Below, in pieces: positions 59,690 to 64,000 of a DNA stretch of 64,000 nt; within the stretch, counting starts at the first letter, position 1, and each line of letters opens with the position of its first letter. A program made the position numbers and the translations under genes. The stretch lies in the sequence record NC_049383.1; one strand, written 5' to 3'. Under the pieces are notes generated by a model. That model saw nothing but the letters and a program-made list of their open reading frames with translations, was not told the origin of the DNA and did not search any database.

Positions 59690-59733
59690 GTTTTAGATTT
59701 GTGTTATAATTAAAAAACTTAAAAACTATTATA

Positions 59734-60336
59734 ATGGAAAGTAATTTATTCGAAACTAGAAGAAAAGAAGTATTGGGAACTGTTGATTATGAATTGAAAG
59801 AACCATTTAGAACCCCAGTTAATTTAGAAATTGTTAAAAAAGGAACTGATTTTTTTGCTTCACTTTTTGAAGAAAAAGAAATTAAAAAAGCTATAAATAG
59901 GATATATTCAATGTATGAATTTTCCGAAAATATGATGGTAAAGGATGTAAACCTAATTCCTGCTAGGTCTGTTTTAAAACATAATACAGAATACAATTAT
60001 TATAAACAATCTTTATCTTACATTTTTTCATGGTTATTAATCAGAATTGGTGAAGGAACAATGAAAAATGAAAGTGAAACAATCCAAAGATTTAAAAACT
60101 ATATTGAGTTCAGAAAGAATAAAATAATAAGTGAAATGATTGAAAGAACACCATCATTTAACTCAACTTGTGTTATGTCTAACATGAAAGAGATTTATGA
60201 AAATGAGGCTAGAGCATATATGTTAAGAAATATATTCTTACCTATTTCAAATTCTTTAAACGGTAAGATTGGTGATACTACATCTTCTATAAGTGTTGGA
60301 TTTCCTACATCAAATTTTAATAATAAAAATTGTTAA
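59734..60336 (+). CDS. Hypothetical protein
   Basis: 200-aa ORF. Confidence 0.7.
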   Translation: MESNLFETRRKEVLGTVDYELKEPFRTPVNLEIVKKGTDFFASLFEEKEIKKAINRIYSMYEFSENMMVKDVNLIPARSVLKHNTEYNYYKQSLSYIFSWLLIRIGEGTMKNESETIQRFKNYIEFRKNKIISEMIERTPSFNSTCVMSNMKEIYENEARAYMLRNIFLPISNSLNGKIGDTTSSISVGFPTSNFNNKNC

Positions 60337-60338
60337 TC

Positions 60339-60611
60339 ATGAGTGAAGTAATTAAAGGTTTAGTTCCTGATTATAAAGATTTTGATTTTAATGTTTTATA
60401 TTGTGCTAAAATAAAACACAATTCGATTCACATTAATTATTCTTTGATGGGTGAATTTTTGAAGTTCTATAATGAGAATAAAAAGGATGATGAAGTTTTG
60501 GTACAGAGTAAGGGTGTTTATGATACTGGTGTTAAACAAGTTATTGTACTTTGGTCTTCCGAAGGCACTTATTTAAAATTCAAAGATGAGGTTTTAAAGA
60601 AATATAGTTAA
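60339..60611 (+). CDS. Hypothetical protein
   Basis: Probable start at the ATG just after the upstream stop. Confidence 0.6.
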   Translation: MSEVIKGLVPDYKDFDFNVLYCAKIKHNSIHINYSLMGEFLKFYNENKKDDEVLVQSKGVYDTGVKQVIVLWSSEGTYLKFKDEVLKKYS

Positions 60612-60634
60612 ATCATATAAAATAAATTTTGTAG

Positions 60635-60670
60635 AAAAAGCCGAGATATTTTTTAGTATCTCGGCTTTTT
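60635..60670 (+). terminator. Intrinsic terminator
   Basis: aaaaagccgagatat/gtatctcggcttttt; TAGTTTTG follows at 60675-60682. Confidence 0.8.
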
Positions 60671-60717
60671 TGATTAGTTTTGTGTAAAACAATTACAAAA
60701 TGTAAAACAATAGAACA

Positions 60718-61182
60718 ATGTTAAAAGAACTTTATGATGCTGTCATAAAACAGCCGTTCGATGAAGAACGTTATAGCCCACAACCTAAATCAAAACTAAA
60801 AGGATTTGATGTTAGGATTATAAGTAAAAGAGAAAAAATATCCAAAATACCTAGATTAATATTAAGTGTTGATATGGGAAGAGCTATCCCAAATGAGGGT
60901 AGTATAATAGTTGCTGAGGAAATTGGTGATATTTATCAAAATAAAAAGACTGTTTTAGTAGAAAATATTCATTGGATTTTCAATATTGAAATAAAACTAC
61001 CTTTGATTTATAATTATGATAGTTTATTAAATCTAGAACGTTTAGAAAATATTGATGAATTTTTATATATCGATGTTGATGCTTTGAAATTGGAATTGGA
61101 ACATAAATTTTCTATTTTAAGGAAAACAGTTAGCTATTATAATGAAGATTTTAAATATAAAAGAAATCTTTTTGGTTGGTAA
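60718..61182 (+). CDS. Hypothetical protein
   Basis: 154-aa ORF. Confidence 0.7.
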   Translation: MLKELYDAVIKQPFDEERYSPQPKSKLKGFDVRIISKREKISKIPRLILSVDMGRAIPNEGSIIVAEEIGDIYQNKKTVLVENIHWIFNIEIKLPLIYNYDSLLNLERLENIDEFLYIDVDALKLELEHKFSILRKTVSYYNEDFKYKRNLFGW

Positions 61183-61316
61183 TCAGATGTTTAAAAAATA
61201 TTTTTAAAATTTTAATAAAATTTTCATTGTATAACTAAAAAAAGTTGTATATTTGAAGTGTCTAAAGTGACAAACATTTAAAAACATAAAAACAAAACAT
61301 TTTTAAAATTAGAATC

Positions 61317-61463
61317 ATGGCAAAATTAAGTCAAAAACAAAGAGAGCAAAGAGGTCAAAACGGATTAGTAACAAAAAATGCTACTAAGAAGTTGAAGAGA
61401 AAATCTTTAAACAAGACACCAAAGGTGTCAAAGAAAGTTGACTTTAGAGAATTAGATATTTAA
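61317..61463 (+). CDS. Small basic protein missed by the ORF track (48 aa)
   Basis: MAKLSQKQREQRGQNGLVTKNATKKLKRKSLNKTPKVSKKVDFRELDI; promoter TATATTTG at 61248-61255. Confidence 0.7.
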   Translation: MAKLSQKQREQRGQNGLVTKNATKKLKRKSLNKTPKVSKKVDFRELDI

Positions 61464-61467
61464 TACT

Positions 61468-62130
61468 ATGAAGATTGTAGTAGAATATAAGGTAATGCTT
61501 CGTGGTGCAGAAGAGGTTTCAAAGTTAACTGAAACTCATTTGCTTTCCGAAGCATTATCTGATAAAGAAAGAACCTTAATCGTTAAAGACCAAAATGGCG
61601 GTGAAGACTTCGAATTGAAATCAGACTATAGTATAGCAGACCAATTCGAGGACTATTTAGATGAGACGGATTTATCAGATTGGATGGATAGTAATGATGT
61701 TTCAATTATAATTAACTATAAGGTTTTAGAGGTTATTCAAGATGGTGATTCTCGCGATTTACCAACAATTCAAAGTGACATGGAATTGCGTGAAATGAAA
61801 CAATCAACTGAATCATTTGAATTTGGGCTATATTATTTATACTCGAAAGGTGTTATAACAAATAAAAAGTTGATTTTAGATTGCATGGCTGTTTATTCAA
61901 AAATGTATGATAGTATAAAAGATTTGAAGACTCATAAACAAATAGATATAGTTTTAAAGGCGACAGGTGTTGCATACGACTCTGCATCAAATGCTTATCA
62001 ACATATGACTAACATACTTAAATCATCAAATTCTGATGAAATGAAAGAACTTATAAAATCATGTGACGATGATGAAGATATTTTAAGATTAAAACAAGAG
62101 TTTAATAAAAAACAAAGAGAAAATGAATAA
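61468..62130 (+). CDS. Hypothetical protein
   Basis: 220-aa ORF. Confidence 0.7.
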   Translation: MKIVVEYKVMLRGAEEVSKLTETHLLSEALSDKERTLIVKDQNGGEDFELKSDYSIADQFEDYLDETDLSDWMDSNDVSIIINYKVLEVIQDGDSRDLPTIQSDMELREMKQSTESFEFGLYYLYSKGVITNKKLILDCMAVYSKMYDSIKDLKTHKQIDIVLKATGVAYDSASNAYQHMTNILKSSNSDEMKELIKSCDDDEDILRLKQEFNKKQRENE

Positions 62131-62614
62131 TTTAGACCATATAGTACCCGAAATTTTAGCAAATTCTATTAGTAAAGTATTGACTAGAAACACTAAAATA
62201 AGACCTTTTAGAGTTTTAATTTTCAAAGATGATATTACTGAATTTCATATCAAAAAATACGATTACACTATAGTATTAGCTTCAATGGATTATAAAGAGT
62301 TCAAAAGCGGTATTGGATTTTTTGGTAATCAAGATTTCGATAGACAAGCTATGAAGTTAAATAAAACTCCTGAAAACTACTATGAGACTTTCAGAAAAGA
62401 ATCATGTTTACAAATAGCATTATCGGTTTCTAATAAAATAGAAGATATATTAACAAGTATTTTTTCTACTTCTATTGATATTGATACAATTAAAGGTACT
62501 GAGAATATATTAACAAATTGTGTATTGAAGGGTGAAAATTTAACACCACATATTGTAATAGGTGTTGAATTAAGTGATATTAAGTCTCCTGAATCTGTAT
62601 TAATTGTACACTAA
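62123..62614 (+). CDS. Hypothetical protein
   Basis: 163-aa ORF. Confidence 0.7.
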   Translation: MNNLDHIVPEILANSISKVLTRNTKIRPFRVLIFKDDITEFHIKKYDYTIVLASMDYKEFKSGIGFFGNQDFDRQAMKLNKTPENYYETFRKESCLQIALSVSNKIEDILTSIFSTSIDIDTIKGTENILTNCVLKGENLTPHIVIGVELSDIKSPESVLIVH

Positions 62615-62662
62615 TTTATTGAATAATAACAGTCATAACTTAAAAATTTAAAAACTTAAAAA

Positions 62663-63202
62663 ATGTACACATACGACAAAGATTATAAAAGTGATATTGT
62701 ATCACAAATGGCTTATAATAGAACTTATATGAAGTTCGTAACTTTAGTTTTTGATGAAAAATGTCTTCCAATCATTATAAAGACTGATTTATCTAGGAGT
62801 TCTTTTGAAGAAATAATTGTTTGGGTAGAAAACATTGAGTGTGATATAATGTATTTCAATGGTAAACTTATAAAAATAAACGAAGATGCTATTAAACTAA
62901 AAGGTGTTGATTTCGAAGATTTAGAAAGACTTTTCCCTGATTTATTATCTGAAATGTTTCCTAATATCAATGATTTCATAGTTTATTACAAGTATGAAAA
63001 TTACTATAAAATCATGAACAAAACCCAAGAAGATATTTTCTTTGATGTTATGAAGATTTCACCAAAATCATATAGAATTATTCAACACACTCCATATGAC
63101 CAACCAACAGTTATAGTGATTGGTGGTAAAAATTACTTGACTAGAGAGCAAGTTGAAGAGTATTTGAAAATTGATTTAGATATGGTTTCTGTACATCTTT
63201 AA
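62663..63202 (+). CDS. Hypothetical protein
   Basis: 179-aa ORF. Confidence 0.7.
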   Translation: MYTYDKDYKSDIVSQMAYNRTYMKFVTLVFDEKCLPIIIKTDLSRSSFEEIIVWVENIECDIMYFNGKLIKINEDAIKLKGVDFEDLERLFPDLLSEMFPNINDFIVYYKYENYYKIMNKTQEDIFFDVMKISPKSYRIIQHTPYDQPTVIVIGGKNYLTREQVEEYLKIDLDMVSVHL

Positions 63203-63282
63203 AATTATTTTATATTTTATTTTTATTGTTTATAAAAAAGAATTATCTTTGATGTATCGAAAGATATTTAAAAACAATAAAA

Positions 63283-63516
63283 ATGAAATTAGTACACACA
63301 AAATTAAGAAAGTCATTAAAAGAATTATCTAGAACAACTGAATCTTATTTAGTTTTAACATCGATAAAACAATTTTTGATGGGGTATAGTAACTCGATTT
63401 TAGCTATTGAAAACAATATTTCGAGTTATATTAATGATTTAACATTAGAAGAGCTTTTACCTGAGTTTAAAAGAGTGGAGATTCTTAATACTGAAAGAAG
63501 AAGCGCGAAATTATAA
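63283..63516 (+). CDS. Hypothetical protein
   Basis: 77 aa; TATCTTTG at 63244-63251. Confidence 0.65.
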   Translation: MKLVHTKLRKSLKELSRTTESYLVLTSIKQFLMGYSNSILAIENNISSYINDLTLEELLPEFKRVEILNTERRSAKL

Positions 63517-63585
63517 AAATTTCCATCTGAATTATTGTCAGATGGAAATTTTGTTGTATATTAGCACTATAAAAATTAAACAACA

Positions 63586-64000
63586 ATGAAAAATTTATTC
63601 ACAACAGCGTTATTAGTAGGATTTATAATTTTCCTTTATTCATTTTCAAAAGGTGAGCGAGAATTAGCTAATAATATCGAAATCAAAAAAGAGCAAATTA
63701 TAGAACAAATTAAAGTAGAGGCTGTCACAACAGAAGTAATCATTTTAGAGTCTGTAGATAAAGATATTACTACTATAGAGTCTGTAGAGTCTGTAGATAA
63801 AGATATTACTTTAGGTATGGTTAAATATATGGATGCTATCGGAATGCAGGAATCTTCTGATAACTATGATACTATTAATAAGTATGGTTATAAGGGTCGT
63901 TATCAATTTGGTGGTAGTGCATTAAAAGATTTAAAGATACATAATAGGAAAGATTTTCTAAAAAATGAAGAATTACAGGATAATGCTTTTATATCATTAT
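63586..64000 (+). CDS. Signal-anchored lysozyme-like peptidoglycan hydrolase, 3'-truncated (not in ORF track)
   Basis: MKNLFTTALLVGFIIFLYSF TM, then DAIGMQESSDNYDTINKYGYKGRYQFG..AL.....FLKNEELQD; open to the window end. Confidence 0.7.
   Translation, partial: MKNLFTTALLVGFIIFLYSFSKGERELANNIEIKKEQIIEQIKVEAVTTEVIILESVDKDITTIESVESVDKDITLGMVKYMDAIGMQESSDNYDTINKYGYKGRYQFGGSALKDLKIHNRKDFLKNEELQDNAFISL
63746..63810 (+). repeat. In-frame 26-bp direct repeat (ESVDKDIT x2)
   Basis: tagagtctgtagataaagatattact at 63746-63771 and 63785-63810. Confidence 0.9.

Noticed and set aside
2478-62979. Shadow ORFs in the track (e.g. 2478, 3197, 17560, 20731, 29317, 32434, 34819, 39435, 49057, 51575, 58671)
   Set aside because: Most lie antisense to well-supported genes, are Ser/Phe/Ile-biased mirror translations and lack promoters. 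51575 overlaps the structured intergenic element.
1-64000. Stop-codon recoding
   Set aside because: Conserved enzymes (nrdA, nrdB, thyA, DHFR, helicase) are full-length in the standard code, and the polymerase break is a TAA followed by other genes.
1-64000. tRNA or rRNA genes
   Set aside because: No intergenic segment showed a cloverleaf with T-loop consensus; a tRNAscan-SE run would confirm.

Overview
A very AT-rich (by eye roughly 25-30% GC), densely coded, mostly plus-strand segment of a T4-like jumbo myophage. The host is most likely Bacteroidota: the -7 promoter element TAnnTTTG precedes at least 16 gene or transcript starts. Replication and nucleotide genes are a family-B DNA polymerase split into two genes around a probable sliding clamp, a DinG-like helicase, RNase H, a HAD nucleotidase, thyA, nrdB/nrdA and DHFR. 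Structural genes (neck, head-completion, baseplate, tail-tube-like, tail fibre, prohead-core-like) are scattered among them. Also present are a gp55-like late sigma factor with (T)ATAAATA late boxes and a lysis module (amidase plus two holin-T-like proteins). Highlights not explained by the gene list: (1) a ~410-bp non-coding element duplicated 42.9 kb apart at ~90% identity, with iteron-like and IHF-like motifs; (2) a dispersed set of proteins with T4-like capsid-targeting/prohead-protease motifs, including two ADP-ribosyltransferase-like proteins and three HEXXH proteases; (3) two structured non-coding RNA candidates, one arranged like an attenuator in front of thyA; (4) a family of fused terminator-promoter hairpins. 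No tRNA, CRISPR array, integrase or reverse transcriptase was seen. All family assignments come from motif recognition by eye, not database searches.
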